NCBI GenBank assembly: GCA_963668175.1
Contig: OY764159.1
Coordinates: forward strand, 3,456,001-3,520,000
Length of the DNA stretch: 64,000 nt
Origin: Syntrophales bacterium
Lineage (GTDB): Bacteria; Desulfobacterota; Syntrophia; Syntrophales; PHBD01
Direction of reading: 5' to 3'
The position numbers were made by a program, and so were the translations under genes. Positions 48,764 to 59,412 of the stretch are shown piece by piece. The notes under the pieces were generated by a model. The model was not told where the DNA came from. It did no database searches and was given only the letters and a program-made list of their open reading frames with translations. Every line of letters starts with the position of its first letter. Position 1 is the first letter of the stretch.

Positions 48764-49915
48764 TCAGACTTTAATCTTGCCTTCCTTCATCGTCGCGGTC
48801 GGTTTGAAAATATCGAGTTTGAATGCCCTGTGGATATCTTCGAGTTTGGACACCAGAACGGCATAACCGATCTTCTGTGCAGACAGGAACGGACCTTCGG
48901 CGGCCCCGCCGCCGTTGGTCATGGCCAGATCGATCACTTTGGGATCGTCGGCTACGCCTTCCTCCAGGACCTTGGTCGCTTCATTCACAAGCAGGGCGAC
49001 GATGTGTAGTATATCCCATTCCTTGGTCGCTTTCGAGAGGTCTATTGCAGGCCTTCCTTTCGACCAATCGTAAAAACCTTTGCCGGTCTTCTTGCCCAAC
49101 TGACCGTTCTTGACATAGGATGTCATGACCTCCGAAGGCGCATAATCGGGCGAAAGCACCTGGGCGAAATATTCGAGCCCGTGGACGGCGACGTCGATGC
49201 CGACATAGTCCGTCGTCTCGAAAGGAGGCATGGGGGAATACGGCTTCATGGCCGCATCGAATTCCTCCGGTGTCGGATGCCCCGCTTCCAGTATCTTGGA
49301 GACGAATACGGCGACGGTTTCCGTTACGCGGTTATAGATGAAGCCGGGCGAGTCCTTCTTGACGACAACCGGAACTTTGCCGATCTTCTTCGCCAGATCG
49401 CAACCGATTAGAATCGACTCTTCGGAACTCTCGGCGCCTTTGATGACCTCGACAAGCTTCATGATCACGGCCGGGTTAAAGAAGTGATACCCGATGACCT
49501 GTGCCGGCCTCCTGGTTGCGGAAGCGATATCGGTAACCCTGATATTGGACGTGTTGGTCGCCAGAATGGCATGCGGCGGCGTATACTGGTCCAGATCGGC
49601 AAACACGCGCTTCTTGAGTTCCGGATTCTCGGGAACGGCTTCAATGGCGAATTCGACGTCCTTCACCGCTTCGCGAAAGTTGCCGATGGGCACCAGGCGG
49701 GACAGGACATTGTCGTACGTCTCGGGCGTGATCTTGCCCTTCTCCCTGAATTTATCAAAACTGTTCACGATGCCGGCGACGCCCCTATCCAGGAATTTCC
49801 AGTTGACGTCGTAAAGCATCACCTTGTAGCCGCCAAGCAGGCAACATGCGGCAATCCCGTGTCCCATGTCGCCTGCACCGATGACGGCAATGGTTTTCAC
49901 ATCATTCAGATTCAT
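48764..49915 (-). CDS. 3-hydroxyacyl-CoA dehydrogenase (duplicated C-terminal domain)
   Basis: GAGDMGHGIA, ATNTS, HFFNP, GKKTGKGFY. Confidence 0.9.
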   Translation of the reverse strand: MNLNDVKTIAVIGAGDMGHGIAACCLLGGYKVMLYDVNWKFLDRGVAGIVNSFDKFREKGKITPETYDNVLSRLVPIGNFREAVKDVEFAIEAVPENPELKKRVFADLDQYTPPHAILATNTSNIRVTDIASATRRPAQVIGYHFFNPAVIMKLVEVIKGAESSEESILIGCDLAKKIGKVPVVVKKDSPGFIYNRVTETVAVFVSKILEAGHPTPEEFDAAMKPYSPMPPFETTDYVGIDVAVHGLEYFAQVLSPDYAPSEVMTSYVKNGQLGKKTGKGFYDWSKGRPAIDLSKATKEWDILHIVALLVNEATKVLEEGVADDPKVIDLAMTNGGGAAEGPFLSAQKIGYAVLVSKLEDIHRAFKLDIFKPTATMKEGKIKV

Positions 49916-49940
49916 GATTGATCCTCCCTCAAATGTCCCG

Positions 49941-51149
49941 CTATCGTTGCAGGTTCTCGATCACCGTCGCGACTCCCAGACCGCCGCCGCAGCACGTGCT
50001 GATGAAGCCGTATTTTCCTTTGCGCCGGATCAGCTCTTTCATCGCGAAAAGGCAAAGTCTGGCGCCCGATGCGCCGTTGGGATGACCGAAGGCGATGGCG
50101 CCGCCGTTGGGATTCCATTTTTCCATATCGATTTTCTCGCCGGTCTGCTTCTCAAGCTCCCGGATGACGGCCAGATTCTGTACGGCAAAGGCCTCATTGC
50201 ATTCCATGACGTCCATATCCGCGATCTTCAGGCCGGCTCGCTTCAAGGCCTGCGGGATGGCATACGCGGGACCGATCCCCATAATCTTAGGATCGACGCC
50301 GTAATCGCCGCCGCTGATCCATTTCGCCATTGGCTTGTATCCCAACTCCAACGCTTTTTCTTTCGACATCATCAGCACGAACGCGGCGCCGTCGTTACGA
50401 CCCGAGGAATTTCCCGCCGTCACGGTTCCGTCCTTTTTGAAGGCAGGCGGCAGGGTGGACAGGGCATCCATGTTTGTTTCCCGGGGATGCTCGTCGACCT
50501 TGAACTCGATGGGCGCGGCCTTCTTTCCCTGAGGAATCGCGACAGGTACGATCTCGTCCTTGAAGTAACCGGCGTCCATGGCCCTCTTGGCCAGCGTCTG
50601 GCTTCTCAGGGCGAATTTGTCCTGTTCGATACGGGGTATGTCGTACATCCTTTGCAGAGCCTCCGCAGTGAAGCCCATGTTGAGACTTTCGGGATCATTG
50701 TCCGGCGAAACGGATGGCATGAGCGGAATGGGAGGGATCAGACGAAAGGGCTCCGTCGCCATGGAAAATCTGGCAATACACTGGCTGTAGGATTCCATAC
50801 CGCCGGCAATGACGATATCGGCCTGGTTGGCGACGATCCGCCATGCGGCGTGATTGATGCTGTCGATCGCCGATCCGCACTGCATCTCTACATAGGAAGC
50901 GGCCGTGTCGATCGGAAGACCGGCGGCAAGCAGGGCCCAGCGGGCAGGATTCAAAGCCGCCGTGGCGCCCAGCGCCGAACCGGCGAATACGCTGTCGACA
51001 CGCGCCTTCTCCGTAATTTTCGTTTTTTCTATAAGACCTTTAAGGGCGCGGCCTCCCAGCTCTTCCATGGTGAGACTGCGCAGCGAGCGCCCCATGGTTC
51101 CGAAAGCCGTCCGCATACCGTCGATGAAAACCACTTCTCTGTTTGACAT
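49941..51149 (-). CDS. Thiolase
   Basis: MQCGS, NEAFA, GHPNGASG, CCGGG; start at MSNREV. Confidence 0.9.
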   Translation of the reverse strand: MSNREVVFIDGMRTAFGTMGRSLRSLTMEELGGRALKGLIEKTKITEKARVDSVFAGSALGATAALNPARWALLAAGLPIDTAASYVEMQCGSAIDSINHAAWRIVANQADIVIAGGMESYSQCIARFSMATEPFRLIPPIPLMPSVSPDNDPESLNMGFTAEALQRMYDIPRIEQDKFALRSQTLAKRAMDAGYFKDEIVPVAIPQGKKAAPIEFKVDEHPRETNMDALSTLPPAFKKDGTVTAGNSSGRNDGAAFVLMMSKEKALELGYKPMAKWISGGDYGVDPKIMGIGPAYAIPQALKRAGLKIADMDVMECNEAFAVQNLAVIRELEKQTGEKIDMEKWNPNGGAIAFGHPNGASGARLCLFAMKELIRRKGKYGFISTCCGGGLGVATVIENLQR

Positions 51150-51633
51150 AAAACCTCCGTGAAACATGAATTTGCCGAGGATATTGCATTGGACGTGCCA
51201 GGCGGGGCGCGGCATAAAGTGTCTTCATTACGGGGACATAAACGGCCCGTCAAAAACGGCGCAGGACGATTTCAACGATATATTGTGACTTTTCTTTATA
51301 TATCGTTTCACTCAAGAGAGATAACGGTCCAACCGGGTCATGAGAAGCCCCGGCTGGACCGTTATGGAGGAAGAAAAAGAGAAAGAATGATACAGCAGGC
51401 TAAATCCGGTGTATTGAAACGCTGCGGCATCCTGCCTTCAGAGAAATCGGATCACGGATTCGACATGCCTTACCAAGCCTTGGAAAACTGGAACATTTGT
51501 ACAGTCATCCTACGGCGGAGCGGACGCGCCTTCAGCGCTCCGCATGCATGCCGTCATTGTAAAGCGGCGACGATCGTCCTTCGATACGATCCCGGCCTTC
51601 TCTGACGCAGGAATGGATGCCTGCTTCATGATG

Positions 51634-53499
51634 TTACGGTTGCGTAGGCGTCACGTTCCACGGCCTGGAAAACTGAAATATCTGCGCAGCGCTCCTGTAG
51701 TTGCGGGGATACTTTTGCATGGCGGCCTTCATTTCCGCCGTCACCCCTTCGACCGTCATTTCTGCGTTGCTCATTCCGATCTTCGCCTTCTCGAAGTCTG
51801 CATCGAACACGATCATCTTGGGTGAGTCCGACCCGTTAGTCCATTTCCCCCAGCGCGGCAGGCGCGACTTTGGGGGATTCGGGTCGCCCGTCCGGGCAAA
51901 CTGTGCGATATAGGCCATAATGGCATCCTGAAGGTCCTTCCGACCCGCTTCATTTGCCTGAGTAAAACCCGAATAGGACCGGTTCCCCAGGCTATGTTTG
52001 GTTCCGAAAAAGAAGGATAGTTCCCAGGCATGGGCCGCGCCGAAAACGAAACTGAACGGATAGGATCCCGAACCGTCTTCCCCCCACCGGAACAGATACG
52101 CATACACCGCATTCTGGGCCAGGCTCAGCTCGTGCGCCACCGTGTCCACATATTTGGCCCTCCAGTTACGGCTGCCGAAGAAACCGGCGTCACGATAGAA
52201 ATCCCTGTCCATCGGCGACGGGAGTACATCCTCGATCGTCAGCGGCCCTCCGTCCGCCTTCAATTTGCCGCCGAGAACATCCGGCAGATCGGACCATGTG
52301 TAATCGCCCGAAGGGATGCCGGACTGCTTGACCATGCTTCCGTATCTGGGCATGAACAGCTTGCTCTCCGATTCCGTACCGCCCAGGATGATCGGAACCT
52401 TATTGTATTTTCCGGCCTTGATCGCCGGGATCCATCCCCCGACCGGCATGACCGCACCGTCGTTGACGGCCGGATAATCCCAGGTCACATCGTATTTGTA
52501 GAGCGCCAGGAAAAAATCTTGCGCATCGACTTTCCGCAGATAGGCCGTCAAGATACCATCCTTCTCCATGGTTATTCTGCGTTGTTCAGCGGCAACCTGA
52601 TCGAGACCTTCCTTGAGCCGGATAAGCTGTTCGACGATGAAATTCGCCTGCTTTTGCGCCACCTCGGCGGTCATGGTCTGCATCCCGCCGCTCTGGGACA
52701 TGGCCCTCTGAAAGAGCCCTTTGCCGAGCGGCGAGATCACGAGATTCATGACATTATGGGCGCCCGCCGATTCGCCTGTTATCAGTACGCGCCGGGGATC
52801 TCCGCCGAAAGCGGCGATGTTCTTCTGAATCCAATTAAGCGCGCAAACGGTGTCCAGGGTCCCGAAGTTGCCGGAATCGGTCAGCGGGTCTGCCCCTCTC
52901 GTCCGGAGTGCCGGCTGATAGAGCCACCCCATGGGCCCGAGTCTATACTGGATCGCCACGACAACCATGTTCGAGCGCTTCGCCAGGGTCTTGCCGTCAA
53001 AACTGAAATCCTCCATGGAGCCCTTGTAATTGGCGCCGCCGTGAATCCATACGTAAACCGGAAGCTTCTCCTTCGGAGATGACAGGCGCTGCGGTCTGTA
53101 GATGTTCAGGTAGAGGCAATCCTCGCATCCCTCCACTTTCCCCGTGCGAATCCCTTCCTCCGTCGTCGCCAGCTGCGTGCAAGCACTTGGCCGGGAGACG
53201 GCCGAGCGAACCCCGCGCCAGGGGGACGCTTCGCGCGGCGCCTTCCAGCGCAATTCGCCGACCGGCGGCGCAGCATAGGGAACGCCGCGCCAAATTATCG
53301 CGCCGTCGCTCACATAGCCTTTCATCCAGCCCTGCTGCGTCCGAACGGTTGCGGAAAAGTCCTTTGCGGCGAATACGCCGACGGGAGAGAGGCAAATGCT
53401 TACGCCCAGATAAAATGGAAGTACCAGGAAAAAGCCCGGTAACCGTCTCGATCTCTTTTTCGACGTCTTTTGTATGTCGCGCTTCATGGGCTGATTCAT
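51634..53499 (-). CDS. Exported type-B carboxylesterase
   Basis: GVPYAAPPVGELRWKAP, EDCLYLNIY, GESAGA, GAAHAWEL; hydrophobic N-terminal segment. Confidence 0.87.
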   Translation of the reverse strand: MNQPMKRDIQKTSKKRSRRLPGFFLVLPFYLGVSICLSPVGVFAAKDFSATVRTQQGWMKGYVSDGAIIWRGVPYAAPPVGELRWKAPREASPWRGVRSAVSRPSACTQLATTEEGIRTGKVEGCEDCLYLNIYRPQRLSSPKEKLPVYVWIHGGANYKGSMEDFSFDGKTLAKRSNMVVVAIQYRLGPMGWLYQPALRTRGADPLTDSGNFGTLDTVCALNWIQKNIAAFGGDPRRVLITGESAGAHNVMNLVISPLGKGLFQRAMSQSGGMQTMTAEVAQKQANFIVEQLIRLKEGLDQVAAEQRRITMEKDGILTAYLRKVDAQDFFLALYKYDVTWDYPAVNDGAVMPVGGWIPAIKAGKYNKVPIILGGTESESKLFMPRYGSMVKQSGIPSGDYTWSDLPDVLGGKLKADGGPLTIEDVLPSPMDRDFYRDAGFFGSRNWRAKYVDTVAHELSLAQNAVYAYLFRWGEDGSGSYPFSFVFGAAHAWELSFFFGTKHSLGNRSYSGFTQANEAGRKDLQDAIMAYIAQFARTGDPNPPKSRLPRWGKWTNGSDSPKMIVFDADFEKAKIGMSNAEMTVEGVTAEMKAAMQKYPRNYRSAAQIFQFSRPWNVTPTQP

Positions 53500-53820
53500 C
53501 TCCTCCCGTTGGCCTGCTAACGGCCGAATGAATTTTCGATAGACGACACCCCGGCGGTGATCCTGAAAGGCATCACCGGTGTACTCGAATTCTTCACGAT
53601 TACGGCATGGATCTCGTTTTACATCGGACTGCCCGTTGGAACGCGGCGCGAATACCGCATAGGCTGACAGAAGTAAAGGGCAAACGCCGGGCGAAACCCC
53701 GCGCTCTTTCGACGATCTCCATCGAAGGCATTCCATTCCACCCGTGAGCGCACCGCCGGCAGTAAGCGTCTTTTAAGATCGGCGACGGCGTGTGCTTTGC
53801 CCGCAAGCAGCGATCGCACG

Positions 53821-55497
53821 TCAGGGATTCAGCGTATAGGCGACGATAACGCTCTTGGTCCGAGCCAGAGAGCCGGGATTCGTGACCAGTGCGAGAACAA
53901 GCTCCGGTTTACCGTCGCCGTTGATATCCCTGATCTGCATATCGGCGATATAGCCCTTGATCTTTTTCGTCTTACCCCTCTCCAGCAATGCCTTCCCTGT
54001 CCAGATAAAATCGTGGACCTCGCTTGAGGAAAAAACCTTCAAGTTGGAAAAAACACGGGCGACGGTGGAGATATTCTTGGCGACAACGATGTGCTTCCTG
54101 TCATCCCCGCCAGCCTCCGCGCAACCGATCATCCTGATATTGACCGGCGTTGCCGGTGGCACGATCTCCGTCTTCGATAATACTTTTTGCAGGGAGTCGA
54201 AAGTGTTGCTGCTGCCGCCGAACTGGTCCTCGCTTGTCCAGAGCAATTCCTTCGGCGTCTGCAGGCCGATGAGCGACGTGACCAGTTTGTCCGTTTCTTC
54301 AAACACCCTTAAATAATCGAGCTCGTCCAACGCGATGATGCCGCTGGATGCCATCCCGGACAGCGATTGTATCAGGACATCGTAGACGGAAAGTCCGCGC
54401 GGTATTTTGACGGTTCCGCCTTCCTCAAATTTGCCGTTTCGCCAGACGATCTCAAAGATTGGCGTATTGAAGGCCTCCCTGTTTCCGATTGTCTGGCCGG
54501 TCAGGACCGATTTGCCTTGTATTTCCTGAACCCGGAGTAACCATGGCAATTTCGTGTCCGTTTTGACAAACGTACCGCCCTTATATTCCAGAACGAACGA
54601 CTCGGGAATGCCTCTATTAATGCCCGTAACAAAAATCTGCGGCACCCCTGTCCCCTTGATATCGGCGATATCGACGGCCAGATAACGGTCATACGATCTG
54701 CCCCCGGCCTTATGGAGCAGTTTGAATTCGCCGTTTTCTTCCCTGTAAATCCTCACATTCTGCTTGTCGATGGCCACGATCTTGTTTCGTCCGTCCCCGG
54801 TGACGTCGCCGACGGCCATGCCAATGAGCTCTACGGGGGTCTCCTCGCTTATGGAAAATCCCTTGCGCTCGGAAACGGGCGGAGGCATGACGATCCAGTC
54901 CGTCTCAATGGCCTCCAGGAAGCTCGCGCTCTTCGACTTCGGCGGCTGCGCCACGGCGCTTCCCTGGACGGCGGGCGCTGCCGCCTGACCGGGCAAGGCT
55001 CCGGCGGCGACTGCCCCGGCCGGTTCCTTGCCTTCCAGGATATACGAAGCTGCCGAGCCGGCCAACTTTGTGACCTGGGGAATGATGTCGTCCATGGTCT
55101 GGCTTTGCGTAAAAATGTAGATGGGCGGCTTGTCGACAGCCGTATCGAGGATACGGCCGTCGACGCTTACGCCGGGTCCAAGTTTGGTGATGGTCCCCCA
55201 GATGACGTAATCAACCTTGAGTTTCTTGCCCACCTGGGACGCACTCGATACGGTCAAATCCTTCATTGCCGTTTTTTCCAGGGCAGCCTCCACGTCGTGT
55301 CTGCTCAACACTTCGATCTTGCCGGCCGCGGCAATTCTGGAAATCAACATATCCGTAACACCCGCCTGGATATAACCCAGATTCTCGGAACTGTTCGCCG
55401 CAAACGGCAAGACGGCGACGCGTTTGACACCAGACGCCGCAAGGGCGGCCGACGTCATCAGGATTATACCGGCCAACACCAATAGGAACTTTTTCAT
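53821..55497 (-). CDS. Exported protein with TolB-N/CsgG-like domain and FG-GAP/VCBS repeats
   Basis: Signal peptide, RVAVLPF, GDVTGDGRNKI, DINGDGKPELV. Confidence 0.75.
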   Translation of the reverse strand: MKKFLLVLAGIILMTSAALAASGVKRVAVLPFAANSSENLGYIQAGVTDMLISRIAAAGKIEVLSRHDVEAALEKTAMKDLTVSSASQVGKKLKVDYVIWGTITKLGPGVSVDGRILDTAVDKPPIYIFTQSQTMDDIIPQVTKLAGSAASYILEGKEPAGAVAAGALPGQAAAPAVQGSAVAQPPKSKSASFLEAIETDWIVMPPPVSERKGFSISEETPVELIGMAVGDVTGDGRNKIVAIDKQNVRIYREENGEFKLLHKAGGRSYDRYLAVDIADIKGTGVPQIFVTGINRGIPESFVLEYKGGTFVKTDTKLPWLLRVQEIQGKSVLTGQTIGNREAFNTPIFEIVWRNGKFEEGGTVKIPRGLSVYDVLIQSLSGMASSGIIALDELDYLRVFEETDKLVTSLIGLQTPKELLWTSEDQFGGSSNTFDSLQKVLSKTEIVPPATPVNIRMIGCAEAGGDDRKHIVVAKNISTVARVFSNLKVFSSSEVHDFIWTGKALLERGKTKKIKGYIADMQIRDINGDGKPELVLALVTNPGSLARTKSVIVAYTLNP

Positions 55498-55565
55498 CTT
55501 TCTTCTCCTCGTGCATAATCACTGATCCCATGCACGGCTTCCGCCCGTACAGACACCCGGGACGT

Positions 55566-56948
55566 TCAGAATGTCAAGGTCAGCTTGTGCATGATCAGCC
55601 AGTCGTTGGATACCTGGGTATTGGCGTCCGTTCCCTTCCAGGCGTCGCCCGCCCACAGGTAGCCGAAACCGACCGTGTAGCTCAGGTTGTCATTGATCTT
55701 ATAATTTCCCGTAACATCCACTTCATCGCCGAGCTTGGTGCTGAGATAGCCGGTTGGTTTTCTGTCCATTTCGGCGTGGTTATACGTGACCTGGATACCA
55801 AGTTTCTCCATCGGATTCAAGCCGAAATAGGCCTGGCTCATCTGCAGGTTCGTGGCTCCGTTGTTCACATAGGTGTCCCCGAGGGGCTGCGCGCTGCCGC
55901 CCATTCCCAGCGGTCCCATATATTTATCGCGATCAGGATTGACCAGGATCAACGCCATGTGCAAGTCGCGTCCCGATGTCCCGATGGCTTCCTGCTTGTT
56001 CGTCGTGCCGGGATCTTCACCCATGACATACAGGAAAGCGCCGCCCAAATATGCGGGGCCGTAAGTATACCTGGCATGCGCATAGAGATTATAGCCCTGC
56101 AAATCCCTGTCCTGGACGAACGGTGACGGACTCTGGAATTCAATGCGCCCATCCAGGTAGATGCCCTTCGCTTCGACAAACAGCGGGCCAAACGTCGCCC
56201 TGGCGTAAGGTTCGATGTAATAATAGCGCGTGCGCGTTCCGTATGTCGCGAGCGATTTGTTCGTATCGTTTATATGGTAGGCGATTTCCGCGCCGCAATC
56301 CCACCTCGGTCTTGTGTAGATCATGGTATACTTCCAGCGGTTGTCGTCGACATCCGCCCCGGTACCGTATACGGGAGAACCGGCAGCGTACGTCAATTCT
56401 TTCTCATTGAATTTTACATAACCGATCTGGTGATACCAGTTGCCGAAGCCCAGGCCGTACAGGATCATGTTGCGCGGTATATCGTCGCTCCCAAAGGGCG
56501 CACCGAACGTCGTCCCGCCGGCTGCGGCATTCCCCGGTATCGCGCCGACCGTCAGCGTGCCGGGCCCCAACTTCGCCGTCATATAAAGGGTATCGAACTC
56601 GACGTTCTCCCGCTGAAGCTTGGTCGTCGAATAGGCGCGGTCCTGTTCGACGGTATCGCCCCATATCTTGTCGAGAATCCTTGCTCTCGAATTGACTTCG
56701 AGGCCGTCCGCCACTTTCAGCCGCCCATTCAGAAGCAGCATGCTGTCTTGAAATGTAACCGAATTGCTCTGGGTGGTCGAATTGTTCTTCAGGCTGTGGC
56801 GGTCCTCGGACCATCCCTCGTACTTATACTGACCGCTGACTTGTATATCCACTGCCATGGCCTTGGGACTGAAAGACAGGGCAAGTCCCGCGGCTAGCAG
56901 CAACAGCAGAAGATTTTTCGTGTAGCAGGCATCCAAAATTTTCTTCAT
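55566..56948 (-). CDS. Outer-membrane beta-barrel protein (porin-like)
   Basis: Signal peptide, aromatic-rich alternating strands, C-terminal KLTLTF. Confidence 0.78.
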   Translation of the reverse strand: MKKILDACYTKNLLLLLLAAGLALSFSPKAMAVDIQVSGQYKYEGWSEDRHSLKNNSTTQSNSVTFQDSMLLLNGRLKVADGLEVNSRARILDKIWGDTVEQDRAYSTTKLQRENVEFDTLYMTAKLGPGTLTVGAIPGNAAAGGTTFGAPFGSDDIPRNMILYGLGFGNWYHQIGYVKFNEKELTYAAGSPVYGTGADVDDNRWKYTMIYTRPRWDCGAEIAYHINDTNKSLATYGTRTRYYYIEPYARATFGPLFVEAKGIYLDGRIEFQSPSPFVQDRDLQGYNLYAHARYTYGPAYLGGAFLYVMGEDPGTTNKQEAIGTSGRDLHMALILVNPDRDKYMGPLGMGGSAQPLGDTYVNNGATNLQMSQAYFGLNPMEKLGIQVTYNHAEMDRKPTGYLSTKLGDEVDVTGNYKINDNLSYTVGFGYLWAGDAWKGTDANTQVSNDWLIMHKLTLTF

Positions 56949-57329
56949 GTCTCCTCCTGAATCCATTGAACTTTCGATCTTAAACGCGTTACCCGTTCAT
57001 ATACTTTGATGCATTCCAGCTTAAACCCGATATCAACATAAACCCGTTATGTGGGAACAACGATCCGCTCACCTCCTTTAACAGCCCATATTCAGCATAA
57101 CAAGTTCATCTCTTCAATAATGATTTTTCATACGCAATCAAACGGTTAAGAATATCTCAAAGGCCCCGTCAATACGGACGATAATATAAGAAGAACAACA
57201 GCCCGTTCATTTTATACGCTTGACTGTATCGCTTCCTCTCCCGCAGACGGACGGCAGATAGACCACGCCGGTCACGTAAGGTTCATTCCACGGGTTTTAC
57301 CTTCAGAAACTGGATGATATGGGTGCTAT

Positions 57330-57344
57330 GCAATCGCCATACCC
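57330..57344 (-). promoter_or_regulatory. Candidate sigma54 (-24/-12) promoter facing the porin gene
   Basis: Minus strand GGGTATGGCGATTGC (GG-N10-GC); a sigma54 activator gene is nearby. Confidence 0.35.
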
Positions 57345-57486
57345 AAGGAGAGGATCGGCAATCCCTTATCTTTTCAATGTGATACGGATTGCCTCTGAAA
57401 TAACGCGGGGCACGAATAACGATATATTGTTTTTAATCGTGAAATATCAAGAATACGCTTGATTTGAAGTGATGGAGAAAGGATCT

Positions 57487-58107
57487 TCAGCGTGCAGAGC
57501 GGGTGGGTTTTCGGAATGGCTTCTTCTTTCGCTCCGGAAGCAGGAATCCCTGGACGATTCTGTTGCTGCCGTCGCGCATCAGCTCGACGATCCGCTCGTC
57601 GCTGAATTGCTGCGTCTGCATCCAGTTCTTGAGCGATGCTACGCCGTGAACAAATATCCACAACAGAAAGTTGAGGTGGCGCAACTGCCTTGTCGTCAGG
57701 CCCTTCACGCGCGGGTCGCTCGCGAGTTCCTCGATGTGCTGGTCGAACGTAGCATCCCCGTATTTTGCCTGCCAGGCGCTGTGTCTCTCATCGTTGATGG
57801 CCTGAAACAAGTGCGACTCCTCGCGGGCGAACATGACGTAGCCGATGCCCCGGTCCTGGGTGCTGTCGCCCGTATAAGGTTTTGACTGGTATTCCTTGAG
57901 CAGGGCCATCGCCTTCTTCACAATCTCCTCTTCCAGATCGACCATCGATTTAAACTGGTGATAAATCGGCATGGTCGACAGATTGAGCTCTTTGGCGATG
58001 GATCTTGCGGAAAGCTTCGTCCAGCCGTGCCTGCGCACGACATTGAACGCCGCTTCGATGATTTCTTGCTGTGAGACTTTAAGGCTTGCAGGCATAGAAT
58101 GCGCCAT
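57487..58107 (-). CDS. TetR-family regulator
   Basis: IIEAAFNVVRRHGWTKLSARSIAKELNLSTMPIY. Confidence 0.87.
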   Translation of the reverse strand: MAHSMPASLKVSQQEIIEAAFNVVRRHGWTKLSARSIAKELNLSTMPIYHQFKSMVDLEEEIVKKAMALLKEYQSKPYTGDSTQDRGIGYVMFAREESHLFQAINDERHSAWQAKYGDATFDQHIEELASDPRVKGLTTRQLRHLNFLLWIFVHGVASLKNWMQTQQFSDERIVELMRDGSNRIVQGFLLPERKKKPFRKPTRSAR

Positions 58108-58270
58108 CCGGTATCAAAGATTCTTACCTGCTTTGTTTATATAATGCCGTATCTTTTGCCAAGCACTTTTTTACGGATGCCCTCCGAAAAAAACGAATGC
58201 CCCCGCAGCGACGGACACAAAACAAGGGACAGACGCTTCGTTCGGCCCGCCGATTCCCCGCTGCGGCCCT

Positions 58271-59317
58271 TCATGATGCGCCTTCCGCTCCGCATTGGTT
58301 GAAGCCGTTGACGATGCTCCGTCTCTGGATGCCCAGTTTCTTCATCCGGGCAAAAAGCGTGTTGGGATTGATCTCCAGAATCTCGGCGGCTCCCCCGACG
58401 CCGGTCACCCTTCCGCCTGTTCTTTTCAATACGCCGATGATATGCTTCTGCTCAAGTTCCCTCAGGCTCAAGGACGGCGATTCCGTCTCCAGCGGAACTT
58501 CGTCATGTCTGAGTTCGGGAACCGCAAAGCAGCTTCCCTGGCTCATGATAACGCCCCGCTCGACGACATTTTCCAGTTCCCTTACGTTTCCCGGCCAATC
58601 GTAAGCAAGCAGCTTGTTCATCTCTTTTTGCGGTATGTGCTTCAGGACCTTGCAAAACCTGGCGGAGTAGATTTCCAGAAAATGCTGGGCCAGAAGCGGA
58701 ATGTCCTCCTTCCGCTGCCGCAGCGGCGGCACGTAAATGGGGAAGACATTAAGACGGTAGAACAGGTCCTGACGAAACCGGCCGGACTCGACGTCCTTCC
58801 TCAAATCCCGGTTCGTCGCCACCACCAGGCGGAAATCGGAACGGAGGGTCATATAGCCGCCGACGCGCTCAAATTCCTTGTACTGCAGAACCCTGAGCAG
58901 TTTGACCTGCACTTCCGGCAGGACATCGCCGATTTCGTCCAGGAAGATGGTCCCGCGGTCGGCCATCTCGAATCTTCCGACCTTCCTCGAAACGGCACCC
59001 GTGAACGCCCCTTTTTCATGGCCGAAAAGTTCGCTCGTTATCAGACTTTCCGGCAGAGCGCTGCAGTTCACCTTGACAAAGGGGTTGCTGCGACGTTGGC
59101 TGCGCCCGTGAATGGCGCTCGCTACGATCTCCTTCCCCACCCCTGTTTCGCCCAGGATAAGAACCGTGACATCGGTTTTTGCGACCTGTTCCACCTGCCC
59201 GAGCACCTTGGCGATGCCGGGACTCTTTCCGATAAATTCCTCGTTGCAGCCGTTCTGTTCGTTCTTCTTCTCTTCGTAACGGAATTCCCTTGATTGCTTC
59301 TCTAACATGGACCGCAT
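58271..59317 (-). CDS. Sigma54-dependent activator (AAA+ and HTH) with no sensor domain
   Basis: GETGVGKE, GAFTGA, FLDEIGD, WPGNVRELEN, C-terminal HTH. Confidence 0.9.
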   Translation of the reverse strand: MRSMLEKQSREFRYEEKKNEQNGCNEEFIGKSPGIAKVLGQVEQVAKTDVTVLILGETGVGKEIVASAIHGRSQRRSNPFVKVNCSALPESLITSELFGHEKGAFTGAVSRKVGRFEMADRGTIFLDEIGDVLPEVQVKLLRVLQYKEFERVGGYMTLRSDFRLVVATNRDLRKDVESGRFRQDLFYRLNVFPIYVPPLRQRKEDIPLLAQHFLEIYSARFCKVLKHIPQKEMNKLLAYDWPGNVRELENVVERGVIMSQGSCFAVPELRHDEVPLETESPSLSLRELEQKHIIGVLKRTGGRVTGVGGAAEILEINPNTLFARMKKLGIQRRSIVNGFNQCGAEGAS

Positions 59318-59412
59318 TGGCCTCCTTTACTCATGAAAACACGACGGTGACCCGGCGGGAACATCCCCTCCCCGCCTGATTGCAGTTTTGTGATATTGAC
59401 CCGAAAACGCTC

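Noticed and set aside
51159..51605. 148-aa plus-strand ORF between the thiolase and esterase genes
   Set aside because: No motifs, opposite to the surrounding gene direction; probably intergenic regulatory DNA.
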